Shown here: positions 48,201-60,255 of the stretch, one piece after another
Layout: each line of letters opens with the position of its first letter
Position numbering within the stretch: the first letter of the stretch is position 1
Assembly (NCBI GenBank): GCA_964252035.1
Contig: OZ176206.1
DNA length: 64,000 nt
Strand: one strand, 5' to 3'
Source: Podarcis erhardii
Taxonomy: Eukaryota
Program-made: the position numbers and the translations under genes
The notes under the pieces: generated by a model
Told to the model about the DNA's origin: nothing
Databases searched by the model: none
Seen by the model: the letters and a program-made list of their open reading frames with translations, nothing else

Positions 48201-51200
48201 GAAATTGCAGGTGAGACCAGGCGCGAAGGCCAGTAAGGGCGTGGATGGGTTGTGCAACACTTCCTGCTCCCTCCCCGCACCAAGCAGGGGTGAAATATGC
48301 TCAGCATTCACACTCCTAAGCATCAGTGGTTAAGGAAGCAAGCAAGACAGAGAATGATACCAAGGCCAAGGTCAGAATGGTGGGAGCGGCAGTTGCTTCT
48401 AGGAACTTAGGAAGAAACTGCCACATACCATGTCAGAACATTGGGCTTACCTTACATTTTCATCAAAAAATTGCTTTGCACAGCTAACTACCATAGAGTT
48501 AGCAAAATTTTCAAAAGTAGGGGGTCCATGGCTTGGCTTTTGAAAAATAGGGGGTCCTCAGTACAGTGTTACCTCGGGTTACAGATGCTTCAGGTTACAG
48601 ACGCTTCAGGTTACAGAATCCACTAACCCATAAATAGTACCTCAGGTTAAGAACTTTGCTTCAGGATGAGAACAGAAATCACGCAGCGGCAGTGGGAGGC
48701 TCCATTAGCTATAGTGGTACCTCAGGTTAAGAACAGTTTCAGGCTAAGAACGGACCTCTGGAACGAATTAAGTTCTTAACCCGAGGTACCACTGTAATTA
48801 GCTAATTGGGAACCACTGCTATAAACCATACATAACTCAGTGGGTGCAGAATCTGCTCAGGACAAATCTTCAGATGTAATTTGCAAAATTTAAACCACCA
48901 GCAGGGAACATCATACCCACGGGCGTAGAAAGGGTGTGTGTGCGCGGGGGGGGGGGGGGTGCGGTCTGCCCCGTGTGTCATTCCTGAGGGGGTGCGGTCT
49001 GCCCCGCGTGTCATTCCTGAGGGGGTGACAAAATGGCACACCGCAGGAGGGTGACACCGTGAGGCCTGGCCTGCAGTGCGCCCAAGCCATGCGTCTCTCC
49101 TGGGAGTGATGCAGTGGCTCAGGGCCCTGCGCTGCCCAAAACGGACTCCATGGGCAGATCACCATGCCACCCCCCAGGCGGATCACCACGGCGCCCCCAT
49201 GGGCGGTGCCCCCCGCTCCCACTGCTCCGGTTACCGGAGCAGCTAGCTACGCCCGATCATACCTGCAAGCGGGTGGGTTGCTTAGATCTGGATGGGATTA
49301 TAATTTGGCCTGTGAGGTTGTTCCCCCCACGTTGTCTGGCTGTAGGGATGCAAAATCCAACAGGACAAACTGTTTCGATCCACTTCCCTTTTCTGACACC
49401 CAGTGCAGCTTGTGTTCCTGGCTGTGCTGATGGTCCTCAGCTATACCGAGAGAAGCCCCAATGAGTTCTACTTTAACAACGCCCTCCAGAGGACCTTCAC
49501 ATCCCACCTGGAAGACATCCTTACCCCAGAAGAGTTGTACAGGTGGATCAGGGTGATTTTGCTGCCTGGCCTCCATGGCAATTCTGAAGGTGAGCAGCAC
49601 AAGGAACAGAGATAAAAGAGACATCCTTCTGTATACAGGCAGCCCTCTGCTTATGGGCATTCTACTTGTGTGTGACTGCTTTTATGCGGGTCACCACAAA
49701 ATGAATGACTGAATAAATTGAAACAGTGTGCCTTCCCTTGCTTCAGAGCCGCTGCCTGGAAGTCTCTTTTTGCTGCTCACTCACTGCAATGGGAGGGATT
49801 GTGGGGCAGGCTCAAGGCAGAAGCCTCAAGTGAGGGAAGGTGTGCTGGGCAGTGGCCCCAGCGGCACACACTGTATAAATTATAAAAACATGGCCTCTTT
49901 AGGCTTTTTCAGTGTTGCCAAAGCTGAAACCTGAAATTTACCCAGCTTTTCACATCTGTACAAACAGGTGTGTGTCTGTGTGTTTTGCTTCTAAGCAGCA
50001 CATTTCTCCCCTCTCTCGATCTCCCAGGTTTGGCCATGGATGGAAACTCTTTCCTTGTGGGCAGCGTGCGGCTACGGCAGATCCGAGCCACAGGAGCCCC
50101 GCCAAAGCCAGGGCCAGCTTTTCTCCCACTCCAAGAGGGAAAGCAGGGTCCCACGGCCAGCTGGGGGCCTCCTGCTGCAGGTGGGAGAGGTCAGGCGAGT
50201 GCCTGGGTCTTCCAGAATGAGAGCACCCTGCAAGAGTACCCCATCTGGGGGAAGTTTGCTCTCTATCCGGGAAGCGGCTACCTGGCAAACCTTGGCAGAA
50301 ACAAAAGCTACGCCATGAGGTATGTGGACTGAAGGAGCTGCAGAACAGGCATCTGGTCCCGAAAGCTCCAGGGGCTTTTTCTGGGCAGGTGTATCTCAGT
50401 CTCTGCCCACTATTTCCTGATCTTGTGAAGCTGTGGGAGAGGCAGAAGACCCACTAAAGACCCACAATCCTGGCTAACAGTAGTGAATATGGCATTGCTA
50501 GCTGGAGTCTGGCAGGTGGTACTTGGGGGAGAACTGGTCAACTGGGCAGGGCATGCAATAGTAAACTAGAGTTGTTTCTCTTCCCTGCCACCAGTAGATT
50601 TAGGTGCAGCCCTTAAGAATTCTCTCCCACTGCAAGGTGGAAACACAATACAACTTTTTCTGCACCATTCCCCACCAGAACCCTTCGCTATCTGGAACGG
50701 AACAACTGGCTGGACAGAAGCACACGAGTCGTCTTCATTGAGTTTGTTGTCTACAATGCAAATGTCAACCTCTTCTGCGCAGTCACACTGATCTTGGAGG
50801 CCAATGGGATAGGCAAGAGCGTGTAGTAGAGACAAAGGGGGCCTAGCCCTGCAATGGGCCTCAGAGGCAGGATGGCTGTCCTTGGGCTGTTGGGGAGGGA
50901 GAAGGAGAAAAGGCGTTCCCTCTTCCTGGGAACCAGCCTTGCTTGCAGCCTCCGTGCTTGACCCTGTGCCTGTTTCTGTGGCAGGGGCCTTGTTCAGCAA
51001 ATCAGAGTTGCAAATTCTCCGCCTCTATCCAGACCTCCAGCTCGTCCTCCAATTTATCTGTGCCCAGATCACCTTTCTCCTGCTCATACTATACTACATC
51101 TTTGTGCAGGTGAGCGGGGCCTCTGTGAGCCAGCTTAGTTTCCTTAGCCTAGCACCCTCCGGATATTGCTGGACTACAACTTCCATCAGCTTTAGCCAGC

Positions 51201-53026
51201 ACTCTCAAGGTGCCGAGGGTTAGTGGGAGGTATCAGCCAGCACCAGCTCAGGGGAGCTGAGATGTGGAACCTGCGGGGGCCCTATGGGTGCTGCTAGGCT
51301 CCCATAATTCCTGACCATTGCCATTGGCTGCCTAGAGCAGTTGGGCATTTGGATTCCAGCAGCACCTGGAGTGCCGCAGGAGTGTCATCCCACCCTTGTT
51401 TTAGGGCAGTGTCAACCTTGGGTCCCCAGATTTGTTGGACTATAACTCCCATCATCCCTGAGCTCTGGCCTTGCTAGCTAGGAATGATGGGAGTTGTAGG
51501 CCAAAAGCATCTGGGGACCCAAGGTTGAGAAAGGCTGTTTTAGAGGGTGGTGGTGTGTGGAGGTTGCTGTATTGCCAGAGAAAGAGCATCACACCACCAC
51601 TGCTCCTTCCACTTGCATTCCCCCCCCCCCCCAACATGTGGCTGCCTGAGTCAAGCCTGCTTCTTCCATGGGGCCAGCAGGGCCGGCAGTTGAAGCAGCA
51701 GAAGTGGAAGTACTTCAGCAGCAAGAGAAACCTGCTGGATGCCAGCACCATCCTCATAAGTGTGGCAGCTATTGGACTTTATGTGAAGAGGCGCATGCTG
51801 GCAAAAGGCATCCTGAAGCAGCATCGCCAAGACCGCAACAAGTGAGTGTCTACCATCCGAAACAAGGGGCAGGGGCAGACCCCCACTCAGCAGAGGCGGC
51901 TTTCACACACCCTAAAGCAAATCTCCCTCCACACCCCTGCCAGGTTCATCAGCTTCTATGAGATGGTGGAAGTTGACTCTGCTCTGACATACCTCATTGC
52001 TTTTCTGGTGGCCTTGACAACCATCAAGCTGTGGAACCTCCTGCGCCTAAATCCCAGAATGCACCTCATCACACAGACACTGCAGAAAGCCTGGGATGAG
52101 GTCCTGGGCTTCCTGCTCACACTTCTGGTGCTGCTTGTGGGTTACGCCATTGTGGTAAGAAGAGACCTGCCAACTGCAGGGAAACCAACCAAGGGCGGAG
52201 GGAAGAGCCCCCCCCCTTCCTGTGTCCTTATACCCCTCCCGCTACATCACCTTCACTCTCTTGCCATCAGTGCAACCTCATGTTTGGATGGAGCGTAGAT
52301 GACTACAAGACCTTCTTTAACTCAGCTGTGACCATCGTAGGGCTTCTCATTGGAATCTTTAATTATGAAGAGGTGAGTGCCATGCAGCCCCACTTTAGGC
52401 CGAGGCACACTGCCAGGCTGCCCTTCCAGCACACCACAGATCACAGCAGACCCCCAGCCCCATTCAGCTCCCAGCTCAGCACCCAGAGAGACCTGCATGG
52501 ATTTCAGCTTTCTGGGTCTAGAATGCCATGCTTCCCTGTGCCCTGCAAAGCACAGCACGGCCAACAGCTCTCTGCTAAGTGCATATGTAGACAGGAGACA
52601 TAACTGTGCTCTTCATGCTTAGGTCATTGCTGTGGACCCCGTGTTTGGCGCTGTGCTGATTGTAACCAGCGTCATCTCCATGGTGTTTGTGATCATCAAC
52701 CTGTTTGTCTCTGCCCTTTTGACGACCTTCAGTCGGGAGATGAAGGCTGCCAAGGTAGGTGTAAGCCCAAGTGGCTGGTGCTGCTCATCACCAGGCACCA
52801 GCCAAGCTTCAAGCAATTAAGCCTTCATGAGAAGCTGCTTGTGCCGCAGCCACCCCTCAGGATCCGAGTTCATATATAAGGCATCTCTCTCTCTCTCGGT
52901 TCATCACAACAGGCCAGCAAGGAGGAATCCATGTTGCAGCTGATTCAATTGAAGATTTCCACCTTGTTTGGAATCAAGAAACAGCCACCCTTCCCAGCAG
53001 CTTCCCGAAAGGAGCCACAGGACTGA
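36296..53026 (+). CDS. PKD1L3: Polycystin-1-like protein 3, full length (about 1771 aa): signal peptide, C-type lectin, S/T/P-rich stalk, GAIN/GPS, PLAT, 11 TM with TOP and pore
   Basis: 31 phase-consistent exons, 5316 nt in total: 36296-36584, 37244-37333, 37639-37679, 37832-38263, 38714-38845, 39059-39223, 39484-39614, 40373-40499, 40625-40750, 40967-41195, 41991-42175, 42352-42582, 42831-42932, 43254-43432, 44233-44379, 44826-45019, 45429-45625, 45732-45900, 46098-46290, 47232-47484, 47824-47926, 48067-48210, 49404-49589, 50028-50319, 50679-50812, 50985-51109, 51681-51841, 51944-52154, 52271-52372, 52623-52754, 52913-53026. Motifs: [108 protein letters not shown]. It lies tail-to-tail with IST1, as mammalian PKD1L3 does. 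Confidence 0.92.
39835..40050 (-). mobile_element. MIR-like squamate SINE
   Basis: Reverse complement of the same architecture (ACAACCCTGCGAGGT..GGCCCAAAGTCACCCA..TTTGAACCCTGG). Confidence 0.65.
41481..41616. mobile_element. hAT (Charlie-like) palindromic MITE
   Basis: TIR CAGGCTTCCTCAAACTC / GAGTTTGAGGAAGCCTG; 8-bp TSD CTGTATGG / CTATATGG. Confidence 0.85.
46586..47052 (-). mobile_element. Probable solo LTR (Gypsy-like)
   Basis: About 465 bp bounded by GTCACA-type ends (minus-strand start TGTGACAC); internal minus-strand TATATAAA and GGTGAGT; TSD not clean. Confidence 0.4.
48564..48794. mobile_element. Tc1/mariner MITE, same family, in a PKD1L3 intron
   Basis: TA|CAGTGTTACCTC ... GAGGTACCACTG|TA. 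Confidence 0.85.
48918..49255. mobile_element. Non-autonomous hAT-like DNA element
   Basis: Ends CGGGCGTAG / CTACGCCCG; 8-bp direct repeat ATCATACC at 48910-48917 and 49256-49263; internal 33-bp tandem duplication. Confidence 0.6.
51407..51537. mobile_element. hAT-type palindromic MITE, related family
   Basis: Arms TCAACCTTGGGTCCCCAGA / TCTGGGGACCCAAGGTTGA around an ACTCCCATCA..TGATGGGAGT core. More decayed relatives lie near 270-350, 4712-4855, 13230-13320, 19095-19170, 23020-23150 and 51160-51230. Confidence 0.7.
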
Positions 53027-55319
53027 AGCGGCATCATCCCACCTCCCCATTTGGACAGCTCTTTTCTATTCTAAAATGGGAAGGGTCACCATTTCCCTAG
53101 TATCACTAATGTACATGCTATCTTTAAGAATATCAGAGGTCAGCTGGGCTGGCAAGAAAATCTGTATGGCTTTTCTCCCACTTTTAAGCTGCCCCTCCCG
53201 CTCTTCAGCTAATTTACCATGTGATCTTGACTCAACATTACCTCATGCTACATCCTACTTCCTTTATCCTTGACACGCCTTTGAGTTGTTGGGACTAACC
53301 AAGGCAGAACAAATCTGACTGCCCAGAAATCCCCTGCTGCTGCCCTGCAGGTTGAAGAGCAAAACCGATCTTACTGGCTTCCAGCCCAAAGGCCGGTCAA
53401 GTCCCTAAACAGCAGGAGCCAGTTTCTTCTCTGCCCAAAGAGGCAGAGCAAAGGAGGGCTGTTCTTATTTATTGCCAATCCCAAATACTCAGTGGTGCTT
53501 AACATCAATTAAGCCTTACAAATCAAGTTATTTTTAATGTCGCTGAGGAACTCTTTACCTATTGCAGGGTTTAAACTCTGAGGAGACAAACAGGGAATTG
53601 TAGATTACACTCCCCTACCCAGCCACAGATTTGAAGAACTTACATGACAAAGGGGGGGTCTGTTGAGATGCACAAAGGATACACTGTTTCAAGGTGAACC
53701 AGAGGGAGGAGATAGAAGGGTGGGTGGGGAAGAAGAGTGACTATTGCCCCTCCCCACCCAGAGAGCTCAGTTTGCCCAATGGGAGAGATCAAATCCAGGA
53801 CGGGAATCCAATCCTGCCTTTCCTTAAAGGCAGCCAACCTCTAAGATGCAAGGATCCTTAAGCAGCCCTTACCTTAATCCAGAGGGGACCCTTCAGCCTG
53901 GCCCAAGCAGAAAGCACTCATCGCGCTACTCGAACCTGTAAAGGTCAGCATAAATCCTACAAGGGCTAATTTCTCAAGAATGGTGGCTTGACAGTTCTGT
54001 CACATCACGGCAGTGAAGGACAGCTGCTTCAGCACCCAGGCACTTCCCCGTGCCCTGCAGGACAGGTGGCCCGCTCTTCTGAAGCTGCCACTGCTGCCAC
54101 CACCCACAATGTCTTGTGGGAAGCAAGTCTAAAGGGAGCCTCATAAATTTGCCTGTGGGAGGTGGTTGTGACAGGACATGTTCTGAAATATAACTGCAAA
54201 GCCAAAGTAAAGGCAACACATTTGCATGCTCCTTTTAGCCAATATTTCCCCTTCCCTCAATAAATAGTACTCCTTGTTTGACTGGAAGTGTGACTGTCAG
54301 TCTGAAGGAACACCCATTCTCTCCATGGTAAGAACTGGTGGCAGCTGCCTCTCCATGTTGTAAGCATACCATGCCTCCTTTGCTTCCCCTCCACCACTGC
54401 CAGAAGCCAGGAAATATTATGTTTCACTTGAGACAGATCCAGTCAAGGCTATTCCTCAACTTTATTTAGAATTAATAGAGAAGATACAAACCAATCAAAT
54501 TGTCCCAGAAAAGCCACATGAAAGAGTTACATACAGAGTGTTACATGGGAGAGCTGAGGTTGGCTGCTGGCACTGCAGCTGGTCTGTAAGAGCAGCAGAA
54601 GTTGCTGGATGTGTTGCTGCTGCTGTCACCACCACCACCCATGGCTTTGCCCTATAGGCAAGGGAAGAGGCTAGAGAACCAGGAGTGATGGCACATGTCA
54701 AGCAATGGCCCTGAACCCAGCCTGATGCAGAGCCACGTTAAGGCAGAACTGGGCTCACTCAAAGCTAGGAAAATGTGCCTGCTGCTCTGCAAGCCAGAGG
54801 CAGGAGGACCACTGAGCCACAAGGAGTGTAGACTAGTCAACTTCTGTGCCCCACAGCATCCCTCCCCAAAGGAAAGTCATAATGGCCCCGGAGGGCTCCC
54901 TGAGAACGCGGCAGGCAAAACAAAGCTATCAGGGGCCCAGAGCAGCTCCCCTTCCACAGCACATGCCTGGAGGGGGGGGGCGCGCTTCTGTCCAACTACG
55001 TTGCCCAGAATCTTCAGGTTGGTGTCCCTACACCACTGTCTGTCCAAATGAGAGGCCACCTACATCACTCCCTTTCCCCTCTAATGCCCGGCTGCAGACT
55101 GCAGAGCAATGCATTCGGAGGGATTGTTCCTGCTCCCATCTCAAAGAGGCTGTGCAGTCCCCCACTCCTGGAGCAGAATGTCAGAAAAGCAGTGGCATTT
55201 GGTGTAAGTACAGAAGGAAGAAAGGCCAAGCGGAGGAAGAGGAACGAGCACTTGGCCGTGCTAAGAGGGAAGGAGGAGGCAGCAATCAGGCCCATCGGCC
55301 CCCTGTTCAGGGGCTCTTT

Positions 55320-55757
55320 TTAAGTTTTCTTCTTCAGTTCCTCAAACCTTCGAGAGAGGTCATCGAAGTCAATGTCTTCTGAGGCAGAAGTGTTGGCACC
55401 AGCAGAAGCGGCAGGCAGCGTGTCTGGCACAGATGGCAACTCTGGCAGCACAAAATTATCGCCCGAACTAGGAACTGCAGCTGGTGGCCTCCCCCTCGGC
55501 TGTGGCTTTGGGGCTGGTCCTGCAGCAGACAAGAGTGACTGGTTACAAGCAGCGGGCAGGCTCAAGGCAGCGAAAACAGTAGTCTACCTAACAGTAGTAG
55601 GGGCAGGGGTAGGACCATTCTTCTTTTTGCTGTACTACAGTTAGTATATGTCCTGCAGAAGTGAGCACTTGCTGCACTTCAGTTGAGCCTTGCAGCTCCT
55701 ACCAGTTGCTAAAGAGGCCCAAGCTCTCTGCCATGAAGAGTCCCAGTCTCTGCCCCC

Positions 55758-55799
<42 letters not shown>

Positions 55800-58700
55800 T
55801 ACCTCAGCAACTCAAGAGCGAACACGAGTGAAGGGGACCAACAATAAACACAAGCACCAGCTTTCCCCTGACATCACCACCTCCCTCCCTCCTCACTGCC
55901 TTGCCAGCTCTGCAGCCTCCCCCTCCGGCCCTGCACTCACCGGTCACCTGTGGGGATGGCAATTCCTTGTCAGCACCCATGTCATCAATCTGAAACAGAA
56001 AAAAGCTGGCTTTGCATGGAGCACCCCACACAGAACCACCACCTGACAACTCCCCAGAGGCCTACATGCACAGCAGAAGCACTGTATCTGGTGTTCCCAT
56101 CTTCTTCATGCAGCCTTGCTAGACAGCAGAAGGAAGGATGAAATGAGGGATCTGGAGGAGGAGGAAGCAGTGGTGGTGAGCCTGGCCTTGTGGTGCCATA
56201 GGTGAGGGAGAGCCATTCAGCATGGCTGACTACCTGACTAGCAAGTGGCCCTGGCTACGTCCCCCAAGGATGGCCTGTAGCTCTTCACCATCACTGGTAG
56301 TCTCACCTCACATGAACCACCACCACCAGCAACCACAAAAGTCTGGAGAGCAGCAGCTGAACAAGCACAAGGGCATGAAGGTGGACACATCCCCATTTCC
56401 ACACTCTCTAGCTGCTCAACCCACCCCCACATCTCATCCTCCACCCCTGCTAGCCAACGTCCTCCACTCATGCCTTCCATGGACAGCAGCCTGGACTCTG
56501 AGACCAAGGTGACCTCTGAGTCACTGCCTGCAAGCTCATCCAGGCTGCTGAGATCACGCTGAGGCTCCCTCGGTATCATCATCACAGCCCCTCCCTCCTG
56601 CCTGGTAGACTCAAGTAGCTGCCCTGCTCGCTCCCCTCAGTGGCTGCCTCCTCCACCACCACAATGTCAACCAAGGTGCGGCTGAAGAAGCTGGAGCAGC
56701 TCCTGGTGGACAGGCTGCAGGGCCACTGCTGGACCTCCTGGTCAGCCTCTATACCAAGTGCAGTTTCCACTCACTGCTTCAGAGGGACAGGCTTGTCTTG
56801 GACTTCCTCAAGTGGGAATGGGACTCCTGATTATTGAAAGTGACATTGGCAAGTTTCTCCTCAACAATGCCTAGGCACTCAACATCCACCTTACCACTGG
56901 CGGTAGGCCTAAGAGCCCCACCATCTCCACCATGGCCCACTACTCGAGGACCCCAGCCAGTGCAACATCTGGCATTATGTGCATTTATGTGTATTTTAAT
57001 GAACTGAACAGAGTGAAAGATTATGAGTCATGGGGGTGCAGAGACTGTGTGAATGAACTTAGTGCCTAGCTTATATTTTTAATTGCTACTTTGTTAATGT
57101 TTTTAATATTGTTGTATAGATTCTAAATGCCGAATTGATTTGTTAATCACATGACTTGCTGTAATTGTGAGGTTTAGCTTATTTTTTAGTTGCTGTTTTG
57201 TTAAGTTTTTTATAGATTGCCACAGCTTTATTGATAATTTGTTAATTATTTTATATGATGTACGCTGTATTTGCGACATGCTATTATGTTTTATTATGTT
57301 ATGGCTATTTATTGTTTGTAAGCTGCTTTGAGATCATTTGAATGAAAAGCAACATAGAAATGCAATAAATCAAAATCAAATCAAAGGTACATTAAGTTTG
57401 CTGCAAGCCCAAATCCAGTGGATGGCAACTCCTCAGTCAGTCCAAGTGGGAAGGCCTGCCAATACCCAGCACTAGACTAGGGACAGCAACAGTCCCAGCA
57501 GAGAGAACTTGCCCTCCCAGCAATTCATCTTTTGTTTTTCATCAGCAGTACTTACAGACTCGTATGTTGGAGGTGTTGCTGGAATCTGAGGTGGGTGAAG
57601 GCTGGTGAAAGGCTGGTAGGTGCCCACCGGTAGCCCGTTGAAGTGCTCCTAAAGGAAGAAATTGTTAAGTCAGACCAGCACCCCTTCCTAATGGCAGAAT
57701 CAGATAGGCAATACCTGCCAGAACAGCTGGAAAACCTTGTTCACACAGCAGGTATTGAGGTGTGCTCAGATGCTAACTCACCACAGTAGACTGCTATCCT
57801 TTCCTCCCCACCCCCACCACCCCCAAGCCCAACTTTACAGACTCCCCTCCTGTTTCAAGCAAGACATAGGACTTACTGGTCCCTTTGGAGGTGGGTATGC
57901 AAAAGGGGGAGCTGGAGATGGCATGGGCATGGGCATTGGCATTGGCACAACTCCATCAGGACCAGCCATTGGGGTCATGAAGCCGCCGCCACCACCACCT
58001 CCACGGCCACCTTTCTTTGTATCATCCACGAATCCCACATCAATCAGGTCAGCTTCCACGCCTGCGGGAGCCTCAGCCTGGGAAGAGGAAGAAGCTGATG
58101 TCACATGTGGGAAAGGGAGCTGCTAATAAGGGAATTGAGAGTGGAACCGCCTCCCAGTCACTCACCATGACAACAGAGTCTGGCTCATAGGGCACGTTGT
58201 AGTTCTTTGCGATCTCAATCAGGTACCTCTCCACTAGGATTTTGGGAGGTGCCTCTACGCTCAACTTGTGCATCAGCTGGAAGGGAGGGAGGGAAGAGTG
58301 AGCCCTTCACTGAGCTGGGCAGGTCAAGAACACTTAGCTAAGAGATACCCAAGCCAGAAAAAAGAAGTTTCTACCTCGCCTGGTGAAGCACCACAGACAG
58401 GACCTCCTGCTGCAAACAACTCATCTTTATGAAGCACTGATATCGTTCCCTCCCTTAAGAACAGCCTGCTGGATCAGGCCATCAGCCTGTCTAGCCCAGC
58501 ATCCTGTCCTCACAGTGGCCAAACAGATGCCCCAACAAGAAGCCCCTGAGTGGAGCAGCAGCAGTGCTCTCCTTCACCTGCGATTCCCAGCAACTGACTT
58601 CAGGAGCAGATCACCTCTGACAGCAGAGGAAGATGTAGCCATTGTGATTAGTAGCTCCTGAGAGCTTTACCGCCATCTCACCCCCATGATGCCCTTCCCA

Positions 58701-60255
58701 TTCCACTCACCCTGTCATTGACGGTCCCAATCTGGTTGCTCCGGCACAACTTGCCATACTCTTTGCTGTACTTGGCACAGAGTTGGTCAGCAACCTAGTA
58801 TGGAAATGGCACACTCAAAACAGAGTCCAGGTACCACTGACTCCCCTCTATTTAAGACAGGGCACAGCAACTATCGCAGCACCCCTGGACAAAAGGTTCA
58901 GGAGTTTGGAGACTGGAGCCAACCTAAACTCCCAGATCAAACAAGAAAGTCACCAAGTTCTCTGAGCATCCTGTGAGGATAGATCAAAGTGTTTTCCCAA
59001 CTGCTGCCCCCAGATGTCCAGGAAGGCTGAGCAGCCTGCCAAGACACAACTAGCACTACTCACCATTTTCAGCTCAGCCACCTCCGCTTGCAGTCGGGGG
59101 GCAGCCCAGATGAGGGTGGAGACAGCTTCTGCCAGGCCGGAGTCCAGCTCCCTGAAGGGACACAAAGTAAGGCAAGAGTGAGCAAGTAGTTGAAAGACAA
59201 GGAGGACAAAGAGGTCCCAGACCTAGCAGACTGAGGGGAGGGGACACGTGGCAGGCACCCATCACCCTCTTCCCCATAGGCCAAGACCTTACTTCATAGA
59301 TTGTATGAGGCCAAAGCGTGCCAGAAGCAAGTCACAGTAGAGCTCCAGGATCTCCATGGCCTCCACCAAGTAGTCCTCCCGGATGATGTGCTCCACACGG
59401 ATGCGAGCCCGCTCATCTTTGCCAGCAGACAGGTAGTCAGCAATTTCCTTCCGTGCCTTCTGGGCTAGCTCAGCTGCAAGAAAAGGGTTCATCATGGGGC
59501 AGCAGGGGAGACCCACAAGCCTGCCCTGGACCTGCCTGGGGTGTTTGTGTATGCAAAGAGAGGGGCTCCACCAAGAAGGACTGTGGGTTGTCTCCAACTA
59601 AGTTATACTCAGAGTAGACATATTGAAATTAAGCAACCATGTCCATTCAATGAGTATAGTGGGGCTAGAACTGGACACAAGTCCACAAACCTGAGAACTC
59701 TTCACAGAATCCACACCCCCATCCCAATGACCACAATTCTCAGCATCTTTGAAATACAGTACACACACACACAAGCAATTCCACACTTACACTCTGACAT
59801 GTGAAAATAAATTAAAACAATTCTTTTAAAAGATAGTTAAAAAGACACTTCTTAAAAACCTAAAAACTCCCTTAAAATAATCAAGTCTTCAAAAAAATTA
59901 TATGATCTAAGAAAGTCTTTAAAAGAATCCTTCCAAAAGAATTTAAAAATTATAATGTAGCACCTTAGAGACCAACTGAGTAGTACAAGCTTTCGTGTGC
60001 ATGCACACTTCTTCAGATACACTGAAACAACATGTGCAGGCTATAAATCAAGCATCTCTTAATTTATAGCCTGCACATGGTGTTGTGGGACACCACGACT
60101 ACCAGAAACCTCCTGAAGCACTACTCTGGTGATGAGGTCAAGGAATTAGGTAGGAAAGTCCACTCACTTTTCTTTTTCTCCAACAGTTTGAGGCGATTGA
60201 TGACAAGACGTAGGTTGACTCGCAAGCGCTCGGCCTTGAACCCAGAGCCTAACAT
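55320..60255 (-). CDS. IST1: IST1 ESCRT-III-associated factor (364 aa), complete
   Basis: Coding exons 60168-60255, 59293-59473, 59064-59151, 58711-58794, 58166-58276, 57877-58077, 57556-57648, 55941-55989, 55320-55519 (1095 nt, phases consistent). Translation MLGSGFKAERLRVNLRLVINRLKLLEKKK, TELAQKARKEIADYL, Met-Pro repeat PMPMPMPMP, and C-terminal MIM EDIDFDDLSRRFEELKKKT*. Confidence 0.98.
55760..55796. repeat. (CA)n microsatellite
   Basis: Direct reading. Confidence 0.9.
59957..60030 (-). mobile_element. Penelope-like element terminal-repeat fragment
   Basis: GTAGCACCTTAGAGACCAAC...AGCTTTCGTGTGCATGCACACTTCTTCAGATAC, the typical reptile Penelope-like terminal motif. Confidence 0.7.
59983..60020 (-). 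ncRNA. Minimal type I hammerhead ribozyme motif
   Basis: Minus strand GTAT-CTGAAGA-A-GTGTGC-AT-GCACAC-GAAA-GCTT-GTAC: intact core, 6-bp stem II, 4-bp stem I, palindromic stem III. Confidence 0.55.

Noticed and set aside
23400-53300. Numerous overlapping antisense and alternative-frame ORFs
   Set aside because: Shadows of GC-rich exons and introns of the two polycystin genes, with no independent motifs
56150-56830. GC-rich, acidic coding-like ORFs in an IST1 intron
   Set aside because: Frames are broken by stops and no family is recognisable; possibly a decayed transposon
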